Source: Desulfatiglandales bacterium (GTDB lineage: Bacteria; Desulfobacterota; DSM-4660; Desulfatiglandales; HGW-15). From it: a stretch of 64,000 nucleotides of DNA. The notes beneath the pieces were generated by a model. The model was not told the DNA's origin, ran no database searches, and worked only from the letters and a program-made list of their open reading frames with translations. Both the position numbers and the translations under genes were made by a program. The DNA is taken from contig JBMNCO010000132.1 of the NCBI GenBank assembly GCA_049366815.1, positions 8,891-72,890 of the forward strand, written 5' to 3'. Positions 29,933-39,683 of this stretch are shown here, piece by piece (position 1 is the stretch's first letter; each line of letters opens with the position of its first letter).

Positions 29933-30798
29933 GCATACTGGCGGACGAACACACCCGGGTCGTGGTCCAGGGCATCACCGGCAAAGAAGGAAGCTTCCAC
30001 ACCAGACAGATGTTGGGTTACGGCACGGTCATCGCCGCGGGGGTCACCCCGGGTAAAGGGGGCACGACCGTCGAGGGGGTCCCGGTCTTCAACACGGTCC
30101 AAGAGGCCGCGGAAAAGGAGGGCGCAAACACCTCCTGTATCTTCGTTCCCCCGCCCTATGCGGCCGACGCGGTTATGGAGGCGGCGGCGTCCGGTTTGGA
30201 ACTGGTGGTTTGCATCACCGAGGGGATACCCGCCCTGGACATGATCAGGGCGACCCGCTTCCTGGAGGGGACAAACACCGTCCTCATAGGTCCCAACGGG
30301 CCCGGGATCATCTCTCCGGGCAGGACAAAGGTCGGCATCATGCCCGGACATATTCACAAGCCCGGCCATATCGGTGTTATCTCCAGGAGCGGGACACTCA
30401 CCTATGAGGTGGTGGACCAGTTGACACGCGCCGGGCTTGGGCAGTCATCGTGCATCGGCCTTGGTGGAGACGCCATTGTCGGCACGAACTTTGTCAGCCA
30501 CTTGAGGCGGTTCAAGACGGATACCGACACAAAGGGAGTCGTCCTCATCGGTGAGATCGGCGGTTCTGCGGAAGAGGAGGCTGCGGAATACATACGGGCG
30601 TCCTTTGACAAACCCGTCCTGGCCTTTATCGCCGGACAAACGGCTCCCGCCGACAGGCGGATGGGACATGCCGGCGCCATTATTTCAGGAAAAGAGGGCA
30701 GAGCGGAAGACAAGATCAAGGCACTTGAAGCCGCCGGGATAAGGGTTGTCCGGAACCTGGGGAGACTGGGAGAAATCGCTCTCGAAGTGCTGGGATAG
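29929..30798 (+). CDS. sucD: Succinyl-CoA synthetase alpha subunit
   Basis: [23 protein letters not shown] and the phosphohistidine loop MGHAGAII. Overlaps the sucC stop by 4 nt. Confidence 0.95.
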   Translation: MSILADEHTRVVVQGITGKEGSFHTRQMLGYGTVIAAGVTPGKGGTTVEGVPVFNTVQEAAEKEGANTSCIFVPPPYAADAVMEAAASGLELVVCITEGIPALDMIRATRFLEGTNTVLIGPNGPGIISPGRTKVGIMPGHIHKPGHIGVISRSGTLTYEVVDQLTRAGLGQSSCIGLGGDAIVGTNFVSHLRRFKTDTDTKGVVLIGEIGGSAEEEAAEYIRASFDKPVLAFIAGQTAPADRRMGHAGAIISGKEGRAEDKIKALEAAGIRVVRNLGRLGEIALEVLG

Positions 30799-30940
30799 AG
30801 TCGGGCTTGATGGCTCAAATTCACGCTCTTGACGAATCCTTTTCCAGGTGATAATCTCAAAAATATTAAGCATTTCAAACTAAAATCCACGATGACCCCC
30901 GGCCTTTTACGGCGCGGATAAAATATACGGAGGGGAATCC

Positions 30941-31138
30941 ATGTTTGGATTAGGCATGCCCGAACTCATTATCATCCTGATTATCATCCTGATTATTTTT
31001 GGAGCAGGAAAACTCCCCGAAATAGGCAGCGGCATAGGCAAGGGAATTCGCAACTTTAAGAAGGCCACCAAGGAGAAACCCGAAGAAATTGCTCCCCCGG
31101 AGGGGGAACAGAAGGAAAACAAAGAAGAAACGCATTGA
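30941..31138 (+). CDS. tatA: Twin-arginine translocase TatA/E family protein
   Basis: [42 protein letters not shown] is the canonical TatA TM plus amphipathic helix. RBS GGAGGGG upstream. Confidence 0.85.
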   Translation: MFGLGMPELIIILIIILIIFGAGKLPEIGSGIGKGIRNFKKATKEKPEEIAPPEGEQKENKEETH

Positions 31139-31229
31139 AATATCCGGGACCTTGTCGCATCGACAAAACCGGAATCCGGAATTCGCGGCTCTAGGATATG
31201 AAAGTCCCTAGTGACTACTCAGCTAGATA

Positions 31230-31450
31230 GGCTGTAGTCATTAAGGCTGTGAGGTGTCGCAGGAAGGGAACATGCGTGATCACAGGAAACTCAAAGCGTT
31301 TGAATCAAAGCGCCTGGGGTATTCTTATGAACGTGAATTTTCTACCTGTGAAACAAAATTTGTGGGAGCCGGGAAGGTTTTGGGCGCCCTGCTTCGATCC
31401 ATGCGCGGATAGCGAAGGGTCCGGAAACTCATAGCCTTCAGGCTACAGCC
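31230..31450. repeat. Long-range inverted repeat enclosing a ~220-nt unassigned element (structured RNA or MITE-like)
   Basis: GGCTGTAG(31230-37)/CTACAGCC(31443-50) and AAGGCTGTGAG(31243-53)/CTCATAGCCTT(31428-38, one G-U) form a two-part closing helix. An internal hairpin CTTCGATCC..GGATAGCGAAG lies at about 31393-31418. The element sits between convergent tatA and ssb and has no credible ORF. Confidence 0.35.
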
Positions 31451-31595
31451 TAACCAACCTGAACAGTTGCAGTTCCTATTCCCCTATTCCAGGCTCTGGC
31501 GTCTGGATTTCAGCCTGGACACAACATACGACGGGAGACTTCGGCCTGTAAAAAACGATTCCTCCACTTGATGATCCGCACCCTTCGGATTCGGT

Positions 31596-32015
31596 TTAAA
31601 AGGGGATATCATCTTCGGGAATGGATACGGGTTCCTCATAGGGATATCGCTCTTCCTGGGTCTTTGCCTCTCTGCCTTTCGCAGGGGCCGTTCCCAGCAT
31701 CTGCATGGTTTGGGCATTGATTTCGGTCGTGTATCGCTTGTTGCCGTCCTTGTCTTCCCATGAGCGCGTTTGGAGTTTGCCCTCAATATACACCTGACTT
31801 CCTTTACGCAGGTATTCGCCGCATATTTCACCCAGCTTTGCCCAGGCGACGATCCTGTGCCATTCGGTACGCTCTTCCTTTTGCCCGTCCTTCCCTGTCC
31901 ACTGTTCTGTTGTGGCGATTCTGAAACTGGCTACGGGCCTCCCGCTGGGTGTATATTTCAGTTCCGGATCAGCGCCCAGATTGCCGACTAGAATGACCTT
32001 GTTTACGCTCGCCAT
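31596..32015 (-). CDS. ssb: Single-stranded DNA-binding protein
   Basis: [24 protein letters not shown]-fold N-terminus and acidic C-terminal tail ending DDIPF. ATG 32015 is preceded by GGAGGAGG. Confidence 0.9.
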   Translation of the reverse strand: MASVNKVILVGNLGADPELKYTPSGRPVASFRIATTEQWTGKDGQKEERTEWHRIVAWAKLGEICGEYLRKGSQVYIEGKLQTRSWEDKDGNKRYTTEINAQTMQMLGTAPAKGREAKTQEERYPYEEPVSIPEDDIPF

Positions 32016-32289
32016 GCCATATCCTCCTCCCAAATTGAATAGGTGCAAAACGGAAAGTTTTTACTCGAAAATTTGTGAAAGCCCCTGTTTCGGCCGCAAG
32101 ATCTTTTTCACCAGCCAAGGTCGCCGGGGAACCGGCCGCAATGCCATCAAAGCCTTCGAGACAGGCACTCACCTTACACAATCAAAATCTTCAGATCAAG
32201 GTCTTTCCTTGATTTCCATGTTGACGTATGATCCCTGAAGTTTTAAGCTGCTGAAAAATTAACCCAATTGAAGTAAGAAGAGAAATAAT

Positions 32290-33939
32290 ATGCTAAAGTT
32301 AATCCCACTGGGAGGGCTGGGGGAAATCGGATTGAATATGATGGTCCTGGAATATGACCAGACCATGCTCATCATCGATGCAGGGCTGATGTTCCCTGAA
32401 GACTACATGCCGGGGGTGGATGTGGTGATCCCAGACATCCAATTTATTCTGGACAACAGGGACAAGGTCCATTCTATAATCCTCACCCACGGACATGAAG
32501 ATCACATCGGTGCCCTGCCCTTTTTCATCAAACAGATCGACAGGCCCGTTTGGGGCACCAGTTTCACATTGAAACTCCTTCAAGAAAAACTGAAAGAGCA
32601 CAAACTGTCGGATGACGTCGAACTGAAGACGGTCCGGCCTGGGGATGTGCGCCCCTTCGGGCCTTTCAACGTGGAATTCATCGGAGTCAACCACAGCATC
32701 GTGGACGGTGTGGGACTGGCCGTTGAGACACCGGAAGGGATCATTGTGCACTCCGGCGATTTCAAAATCGACCAGACACCCGTTGACGGCCAGTACACGG
32801 ATCTGGTCCGATTCGCCCATTATGGCGAGCGCAACGTCCTGGCCCTCCTTTCCGACTCGACGAATGTGGAAAAGGAAGGGTTTACCCTGAGCGAAAATGA
32901 TGTAAAGAAAACCCTGGAGGGTCTCTTTCAGACATGCGAGGGGCGCCTGTTCATAGCCGTCTTTGCCTCGAACGTCTCGCGCATCAAGCAGGTCATTGAA
33001 CTGGCGGCCAAATTCAACCGAAAAGTGCTGTTCAGCGGTAAGAGCATGATCACGAACATCCGCATAGCCGTCGATGAAGGCATCATAGGCATTCCACCCG
33101 GCACCGAAATCCGGGAGCAGGAAATCGATCGTCTTCCAGACAATGAAGTCGCCATCATAACAACCGGCAGCCAGGGTGAACCCATGTCCGCCCTGACCCG
33201 TATGGCACAGGATAAACACAGGGGGATCAAGATTCGTAAGGGAGATACCATCATCCTTTCCTCCCGTTTCATCCCCGGCAACGAGAAGGCGATCACCGCC
33301 ATCATCAACAAGCTCTACCGATTGGGAGCTGAAGTCGTATACGAAAGGGTCTCCCAGATCCATTCCTCAGGACATGCCTACCAGGAAGAGCTTAAAATGA
33401 TGCTCAACCTGGTCAGGCCCCGCTACTTCATCCCCATTCATGGTGAATACCGCCATCTGGTCAAACACATCCAGCTGGCCGGGGAAACGGGTATGCCATC
33501 CGAGCGACTTCTCCTGGCGGAGGATGGCGATACGGTCTGCTTTTCCAACGGCAGGGCCGAAATCGGGAACCGGATTCACACAGGCAGGATCCTTGTCGAC
33601 GGCAAGGGCGTGGGGGATGTCGGGGACCTCGTTCTCAGAGAACGCAGGAGACTTGCAGGAGAAGGCGTAGTCATCGTCCTATTGGCCGTGGATGAACTGA
33701 CCGGAGAAATCATATACGGTCCTGACATCATTTCCAGGGGATTTGTATTTGAGGACCAAGGTGGATTTATATTTGAACAGGCCAAGGATATCGTTTTACA
33801 GGTTTTGGCTGAACCTGAACGATCTGCGCCCATTGATTGGGGAGAGGTGGGTCCTGCTATCAAAAAGAATCTGAAGCGCTTTTTTTACAAGATAATCGAA
33901 AGACGGCCCATTATCATGCCGATCATCATCCCGTTGTGA
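32290..33939 (+). CDS. rnj: Ribonuclease J (metallo-beta-lactamase/beta-CASP)
   Basis: IPLGGLGEIGLNM, the THGHEDHIG motif, beta-CASP region and C-terminal domain. The length is typical of RNase J. Confidence 0.9.
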   Translation: MLKLIPLGGLGEIGLNMMVLEYDQTMLIIDAGLMFPEDYMPGVDVVIPDIQFILDNRDKVHSIILTHGHEDHIGALPFFIKQIDRPVWGTSFTLKLLQEKLKEHKLSDDVELKTVRPGDVRPFGPFNVEFIGVNHSIVDGVGLAVETPEGIIVHSGDFKIDQTPVDGQYTDLVRFAHYGERNVLALLSDSTNVEKEGFTLSENDVKKTLEGLFQTCEGRLFIAVFASNVSRIKQVIELAAKFNRKVLFSGKSMITNIRIAVDEGIIGIPPGTEIREQEIDRLPDNEVAIITTGSQGEPMSALTRMAQDKHRGIKIRKGDTIILSSRFIPGNEKAITAIINKLYRLGAEVVYERVSQIHSSGHAYQEELKMMLNLVRPRYFIPIHGEYRHLVKHIQLAGETGMPSERLLLAEDGDTVCFSNGRAEIGNRIHTGRILVDGKGVGDVGDLVLRERRRLAGEGVVIVLLAVDELTGEIIYGPDIISRGFVFEDQGGFIFEQAKDIVLQVLAEPERSAPIDWGEVGPAIKKNLKRFFYKIIERRPIIMPIIIPL

Positions 33940-33942
33940 GAA

Positions 33943-36174
33943 ATGAACAGGCACGCACACATGAGTAAAAAATCGAAGGCAAAGAGAGAAATCCATTCCA
34001 ACAAACAGCCTGAACCGATCAAAAGGGAGATTGCGGGCATCCTTCTCTTGTTATTCGCCGTTTTTCTGGGTGTCAGCCTCTTTTCCTTTCACCCCGCAGA
34101 TCCCCTCGTCTGGATCAGGACGGGCGTGGATGGAAAGGTTCACAACCTTTTCGGCACGGTCGGTGCGAATGCTGCGGGTTGGATCTTCCTGGCTTTGGGT
34201 TTTTCCTCCTACTGGTTCGTCATCATCTGCCTGGCCGCAGCCGTGCTTTCCTTCCGCCAGCAGTCCCTTTCATCCCCTCTGAAAAACGTGACGGCCGCAA
34301 TCTTTCTCGTCGCCTCCTTTGCAGGCATCATCCACCTCTACAGGCCCGAGGAGATCTCCTTCAGAGGTCACATCATTCAGGCCGGTGGCGTCGTGGGGGA
34401 TTACATCTCCCGTTTTACCAGTGGATTGCTCAATGATTTCGGGGCATATGTACTCCTTGTCGCGGTCTTTACCGTTTCTTTCATGATCTGCACCCATCTC
34501 TCCTTTGGATTTCTTCTTTCAAGGGCCTTTGTGTGGAGCAAAATCGCGCTCAGGGGGCTCCGTGATACCTTTATAAAGTGGAAGGAGAAGCGTCGAAAGA
34601 AGAGGGTACGCCTGGAGACCTTTGAAAAGAACACATCAAGGCCGAAGCGAAAGGTCAACATCGTCGAGCCCCAAAAGACCCAAGTGCGACGTAAACCCCA
34701 ACAGGAATCTTTTTCCTTTATGGAGGTAGCCGGCAAATTCAATCTCCCGTCCCTCGATCTTCTGGATGACCCGGAAAGAAATGAAGGAGCACAAATCCAG
34801 AGACAAAGTCTGGAAATGAACGCAAGGCGTCTTGAGAAAAAACTGGCCGACTTCGGTGTACAGGGTGAAGTTGTGGAGATCCTTCCCGGTCCCGTCATCA
34901 CCATGTATGAGCTGAAGCCGGCCCCCGGTGTAAAGATCAGTAAGGTTGTCGGGCTTTCCGACGACCTTGCCATGGCCCTCAGGGCACCCGCTATAAGGAT
35001 AGTCGCCCCCTTGCCCGGTAAAGGGGCGATCGGCGTTGAGATCCCCAATAACAAGAGGGAGATGGTCTTGCTCAAGGAGGTTATCTCGGCCGCTGACTTC
35101 AAGACCTCGGCAAACAAACTGACCATTGCCCTCGGCAAGGATATCACGGGATCCCCTGTCATAGCCGACCTCACCAGAATGCCCCATCTACTTGTGGCCG
35201 GGGCCACGGGCACAGGGAAAAGCGTCTCGCTGAATGCGATGATCAACAGTCTGCTCTTCAAGGCCTCCCCGGACATGGTCCGCTTCCTCATGATCGACCC
35301 GAAAAGAATCGAACTCTCGGTTTACCAGGACATTCCTCATCTTCTCCATCCGGTAGTGACCAATCCCAAGGAGGCCACCAGGGCGCTCCGCTGGGCCGTT
35401 GAGGAAATGGAGCGACGTTATATGCTCCTCTCGGACCGTGGTGTCAGAAACATCGAGGCCTATAACCGGAAGGCCGTAAAGGAGAAAAAGACACCCGAGG
35501 AGGAGGCTGCAACAGGCAAAGACAATGTGCTTCCCTATATCATCCTTGTCATTGACGAGCTGGCGGACCTCATGATGACTTCCTCCAGGGAAGTAGAAGA
35601 GGCCATCACGCGCCTCGCCCAAATGGCCCGGGCCGCAGGCATCCACTTGATCATCGCCACGCAGCGGCCTTCCGTCGATGTGCTGACCGGCATTATCAAG
35701 GCAAACTTCCCGGCACGCGTGTCTTTTCAGGTGTCCTCCAAGGTCGATTCCCGGACCATTCTTGACACCATTGGAGCTGAAAATCTCCTTGGTGACGGAG
35801 ACATGCTTTTCCTTCCGCCGGGTGTCGGCCGAATCGTAAGGATCCATGGCGCCTTCATATCGGAAGAAGAGGTCAAACGCGTGACGGCGTTTCTGAGGTC
35901 ACAAATGAAGCCTGAATATGATCCCACGATCATGGCCGAAGTGGCCAAGGAGGAAGAGGATGCCGACGATGATTTCGAGCTTGACGAGAAATACGACAAG
36001 GCGGTGGAACTGGTTACCCAGACGGGGCACGCCTCCATCTCCATGATCCAGCGCAAGCTGAGGGTGGGCTACAACCGCGCGGCCCGCATGATCGAGGTCA
36101 TGGAAAGAGAGGGGATTGTGGGCCCCTCGGACGGCGTGAAGCCCCGGGATGTTTACGGCAGGAAAAGCCTCTAA
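33943..36174 (+). CDS. ftsK: DNA translocase FtsK
   Basis: N-terminal TM helices and a linker. Motor domain with Walker A GATGTGKS and Walker B VIDELADL. C-terminal gamma winged helix (SISMIQRKLRVGYNRAARMIEVME). The start is ATG 33943 or 33961. Confidence 0.9.
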   Translation: MNRHAHMSKKSKAKREIHSNKQPEPIKREIAGILLLLFAVFLGVSLFSFHPADPLVWIRTGVDGKVHNLFGTVGANAAGWIFLALGFSSYWFVIICLAAAVLSFRQQSLSSPLKNVTAAIFLVASFAGIIHLYRPEEISFRGHIIQAGGVVGDYISRFTSGLLNDFGAYVLLVAVFTVSFMICTHLSFGFLLSRAFVWSKIALRGLRDTFIKWKEKRRKKRVRLETFEKNTSRPKRKVNIVEPQKTQVRRKPQQESFSFMEVAGKFNLPSLDLLDDPERNEGAQIQRQSLEMNARRLEKKLADFGVQGEVVEILPGPVITMYELKPAPGVKISKVVGLSDDLAMALRAPAIRIVAPLPGKGAIGVEIPNNKREMVLLKEVISAADFKTSANKLTIALGKDITGSPVIADLTRMPHLLVAGATGTGKSVSLNAMINSLLFKASPDMVRFLMIDPKRIELSVYQDIPHLLHPVVTNPKEATRALRWAVEEMERRYMLLSDRGVRNIEAYNRKAVKEKKTPEEEAATGKDNVLPYIILVIDELADLMMTSSREVEEAITRLAQMARAAGIHLIIATQRPSVDVLTGIIKANFPARVSFQVSSKVDSRTILDTIGAENLLGDGDMLFLPPGVGRIVRIHGAFISEEEVKRVTAFLRSQMKPEYDPTIMAEVAKEEEDADDDFELDEKYDKAVELVTQTGHASISMIQRKLRVGYNRAARMIEVMEREGIVGPSDGVKPRDVYGRKSL

Positions 36175-36189
36175 TTCGCGTTTAGTGCG

Positions 36190-36326
36190 CCCTTTCGGCA
36201 CTTATAGCGTAGCCGTAAGCGATCAGGTATCAGCAAAAGGTTGCGCAAAAATAAGGCTCTTGGCTGAGCGCGGAATGCTGATAGCTGAGCGCTCCATCCA
36301 AAAATCCTGTATTTCTGCATGCAAAC
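36190..36326. repeat. Intergenic repeat family A, copy 2 (diverged/partial)
   Basis: GCGATCAGGTATCAGCAAAAGG..GGCTGAGCGC..GCTCCATCCAAAAATC..TATTTCTG aligns with the central and 3' parts of copies 1 and 3. The 5' hairpin is replaced. Confidence 0.55.
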
Positions 36327-36373
36327 AAGATAGAATAGTCCTGTTTCACTTACATAAATCGTTATATTTGGAT

Positions 36374-37108
36374 ATGAATGTGATGATAAATCTTATGCCT
36401 TTCCATGGATTGTTCCCGCGCAGTAGGCGGCACTTCGTATGCAGGGCGGGCATCTCGCTGGCCCTTCTTTTTCTCCTGCTCTGCTGCACCCGGCCCGCAT
36501 GGGCGGAAGACCTCCTGTTCAAGATCCTCGACGGGATAAAAAAGCGCTACGATTCGCTTCCCGGACTGACCATCCCCTATGAAAGGGACGTGGTCACGAG
36601 ATCCATGGCCTTGCTGGATGACAGCATCAAGAGTGATCTTGCCGAGGGATATATTCATTTCAAACCGCCGGGACTTCTCCGCATTGATCAGGAAAAACCC
36701 AGACCGGAGCTTGTCGTTTCCGACGGACAAACCCTCTGGTGGTACATCCCCGAAAAGAAGGAGGTCTACCAATACCCCAAGGACAAACTCGGGCCGGAGT
36801 TGAAGCTCTTGACCGACATCTTTCAGGGTCTCAGAGAGGTGGCGGACGGCTTTATCGTGGAACTCACGGACTCGGAGGAAAACGGGCGCCGAGACCTCAG
36901 GCTGACCCCGAATCCGCCCTGGCCGGAGATCGATTTTATCCATCTTTCCGTGTCCCAAGAGGATTACACCATCCGTTCAGTGAAGCTTCACAACTATCTC
37001 GGCGGTTTCACGCGTTTTACACTTGGTGATTTGGAGGTCAAAAAAGGCTTTCAGAAAGGGTTCTTTCAGTTCACGGTCCCACAGGGCGTCAAGGTCGTTA
37101 CGGAATAA
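36374..37108 (+). CDS. lolA: LolA-like outer-membrane lipoprotein carrier protein
   Basis: Signal peptide ending AWA. LolA-like body (GYIHFKPPGLLRIDQEKP..VVSDGQTLWWYIPEKKEVYQY). Shows the conserved ftsK-lolA synteny. The track start at 36149 runs through repeat A2 and is rejected. Confidence 0.7.
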   Translation: MNVMINLMPFHGLFPRSRRHFVCRAGISLALLFLLLCCTRPAWAEDLLFKILDGIKKRYDSLPGLTIPYERDVVTRSMALLDDSIKSDLAEGYIHFKPPGLLRIDQEKPRPELVVSDGQTLWWYIPEKKEVYQYPKDKLGPELKLLTDIFQGLREVADGFIVELTDSEENGRRDLRLTPNPPWPEIDFIHLSVSQEDYTIRSVKLHNYLGGFTRFTLGDLEVKKGFQKGFFQFTVPQGVKVVTE

Positions 37109-37741
37109 ATCGGCCTGATGTCCTTTGACCGACACTCCGGCGGAACCCACGGCAGAAGGATACAATACACCGGGCTGTCGGCCCTGCCCATTGCAGGGGC
37201 ATTTTTCGATGATCACCCCCATATCGTCATCCAGTCCGCCCACAAAAAACAATTTGACATATTTTTGCGCTTCCCTTACCATCCCCCTGACCAAAATATA
37301 AAAGAATTCCTACCTAAACTGAGATGTATGCCGCCTCGTTCAGCCGGGGCCGATTCCGTAAACAATATGCTGTAGGGGACCAGGGTATTATTCCAAGACC
37401 CCTTCAAAGATGTTGAACCTTTTAAACGAGGCTTGACCTTTGAGTATTCGGCAGATTTATCCCATATTTCACGTAACCATTTTTCACTTATTTTTATTTG
37501 TCGTTTGTCGCCGCCTTTGACACAGGTTCTTTGGCATGCCAATTTCGGGCTAGTCCACCGGAACGATTGGAGCTGGGAGATGCGTTCAGATGCAGTCCTC
37601 CAACGGGAACCTTTACAGGGAAAACAACACAAAGTCTGATGGGGCTGAAAGGAGGTGATAAGGGCTCAATACAGGAAGTGGATACCTCACGGCTAGAAAC
37701 CCGAAGCAATGCAAATCAAAAAAAAGAAAGGGCTACTTAAT

Positions 37742-39598
37742 ATGGCAGATAAAAAGCGATTTCCCTATCCAGATGAAGTTGTCCTGCCACCCGAACTGGA
37801 GGGATGGGAGGAGATGTATCCGCCTCAAAGGCTTTTCAGTGATGACCGGGCCGACTGGGAAAAAAGGCATTTCTGGTATCAGGACAAGATCCACGCATCC
37901 GAGCCCATGTATCCACTGGACGACATTTTCCAGGAGGCCTGGCAAATCGCGCTCTCCCAGTTTACCACAAGGGTATTCTGCATCCCTCCCGCCCAGGGCG
38001 TGGCACACAGGATGCTGGGTTGCTACATGTACATCGCCGCGGTCGAACCACCCCCTCCCGAGGTGATTCAAAAGAAGGCTGAGTTGTTCGGCAAAAGGGT
38101 CCCCTACACCTTTGAGAATTATCTGAAGCAGTTTGAGGTATGGCTTGAAAGATTTCAAAAACTGGGTAGAGAAATGGAACAGCTCTCCATACCGGAAAAA
38201 TTGCCCCAGTTTGTGCCTGACGAAGAGGTTATCCCCATGCCCAAGGGGGTCACGGACGGCCATCAGGTGATGGAAAACTTCAATACCATCATCAGCCAGA
38301 TCTTCAAGGCCTGGCAATACCATTTCCAGTACCTGAACCTCGCCTATCTGGCCTATCTCATGTTCGTGGATACAGCAAGAAAACTCTTCCCGGGGATCAA
38401 AGAGTCCACCATCGGCAAGATGGTTGCAGGCGCCGAGGTCTCCATGTTCCGCCCCGAGGAGGAACTGTGCCGGCTGAGCAAGCTGGCGGCCGCCAAAGAC
38501 AATGTCAAAGACATCCTCAAGGGAGCCGGCCCCGCTGCGGACAAGATCAAGGCCCTGAGTGGGACCGATGAAGGCAAGGCGTGGCTCGATGAGATCGAGA
38601 AGATCAAGGACCCCTGGTTCTTTGTATCCTGCGGCAGTGGGTGGTACCACCAGGAGGGAAGCTGGATCACCAAGATGGATGTCCCCTTCAGTTATATGCA
38701 GAGTTATATTGAAAGACTCGAGCAGGGACATGAGATTGAACGTAATCTAAACGAGATCTCTGAAGAGCGGGATAGGATCGTCGGGGAGTACAGGGCCCTG
38801 ATCAAATCGGAAGACGATCTGAAATCCTTCGATGATGCCTATCATGTGGTCCGATCCATTTACAGGTATGCGGAGGACCACCTGTTCTGGGTGGAACATT
38901 GGCTGCACACCATCTGGTTTGCCAAGATCCGGAATTTCGGTGATCTTCTGGTGAATCAGAACGTATTGAAGGAGACGGATGACATCTTTCTCTTCAACCG
39001 TTTTGAGATCCCCATGATGCTGGAGGATATGGTCACGGCCTGGGCCCTGGGAGAGGGTGTCCCAACCAGAAAAATGTGGATGGAAAAGGCCGAGAAGCGA
39101 GCCAAGATCCTCCAGGCGGCCAATAAATGGAATGCAACCCCAGCCCTCGGAGTGCCCCCTGAAGAGATCGCGGAGCCCTTTACCCTGATGTTGTGGGGAG
39201 TGACGACCGACAAAGTCGATGAATGGCTCAAGGGAACGGCAACGGGAACGGGGGAAGTGAGCGAAGATATAACCGAACTCAGGGGATTCGCCTCGTCGGC
39301 CGGTATTGCGGAAGGCCCGGCCAGGGTGCTCAAGCTCCTCCGGGACGTGGTGGATCTCCAGCCCGGCGAGATCATGGTCGCCCCGACGACCAACCCGTCA
39401 TGGGCGCCCGTGTTTACCAAGCTGAAGGGGGCGGTTACGGATATCGGTGGCCTCACCTCCCATGCGGCCATTGTCTCCCGGGAATACGGTCTGCCTTCCG
39501 TAACCGGGACAGGGGTCGCAACCACCGTGATCAAGACCGGAGATATCATCCGGATTGACGGCAGCACCGGAGTCGTTACGATTGTAAAGAGGGCATAG
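37742..39598 (+). CDS. Phenylphosphate-synthase alpha-like subunit (PEP-utilizing enzyme, mobile phosphohistidine domain), paralog 1
   Basis: 618 aa, matching the ~70 kDa size of the Thauera-type protein 1. The C-terminal swivel domain is SWAPVFTKLKGAVTDIGGLTSHAAIVSREYGLP..TGDIIRIDGSTG. There is no ATP-grasp domain, which is supplied by the next gene. Confidence 0.8.
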   Translation: MADKKRFPYPDEVVLPPELEGWEEMYPPQRLFSDDRADWEKRHFWYQDKIHASEPMYPLDDIFQEAWQIALSQFTTRVFCIPPAQGVAHRMLGCYMYIAAVEPPPPEVIQKKAELFGKRVPYTFENYLKQFEVWLERFQKLGREMEQLSIPEKLPQFVPDEEVIPMPKGVTDGHQVMENFNTIISQIFKAWQYHFQYLNLAYLAYLMFVDTARKLFPGIKESTIGKMVAGAEVSMFRPEEELCRLSKLAAAKDNVKDILKGAGPAADKIKALSGTDEGKAWLDEIEKIKDPWFFVSCGSGWYHQEGSWITKMDVPFSYMQSYIERLEQGHEIERNLNEISEERDRIVGEYRALIKSEDDLKSFDDAYHVVRSIYRYAEDHLFWVEHWLHTIWFAKIRNFGDLLVNQNVLKETDDIFLFNRFEIPMMLEDMVTAWALGEGVPTRKMWMEKAEKRAKILQAANKWNATPALGVPPEEIAEPFTLMLWGVTTDKVDEWLKGTATGTGEVSEDITELRGFASSAGIAEGPARVLKLLRDVVDLQPGEIMVAPTTNPSWAPVFTKLKGAVTDIGGLTSHAAIVSREYGLPSVTGTGVATTVIKTGDIIRIDGSTGVVTIVKRA

Positions 39599-39683
39599 GC
39601 TGACATCGTAGTATGCCGGGGGTACACCTTCAAGGACCCCCGGCCCGTGTCAGTGATACGGCATGAACAGATAGGAGGGCAAA

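Noticed and set aside
31230-31450. Assignment of the tatA-ssb element to a known RNA class (RNase P, tmRNA, SRP/4.5S, 6S, cobalamin or c-di-GMP riboswitch)
   Set aside because: None of the consensus cores I can recall is present: no GAGGAAAGUCC, no tRNA-like 3' end with a tag ORF, no SRP GGAA/AGCA symmetric loop and no B12 box. The GGUCCGGAA match to the SRP core is too short. I left it as unassigned.
36149-36373. N-terminal 75-aa extension of the lolA ORF in the track (start 36149)
   Set aside because: The extension overlaps the ftsK 3' end and is a read-through of repeat A copy 2. The signal peptide and LolA homology begin after ATG 36374.
37532-37547. Sigma-54-like promoter TGGCATGCCAATTTCG upstream of synthase pair 1
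   Set aside because: The -24 GG element fits, but the -12 element reads TTTC instead of TTGC, so the critical GC is lost. The only sigma-54 activator in the window is 34 kb away. I kept it as a note only.
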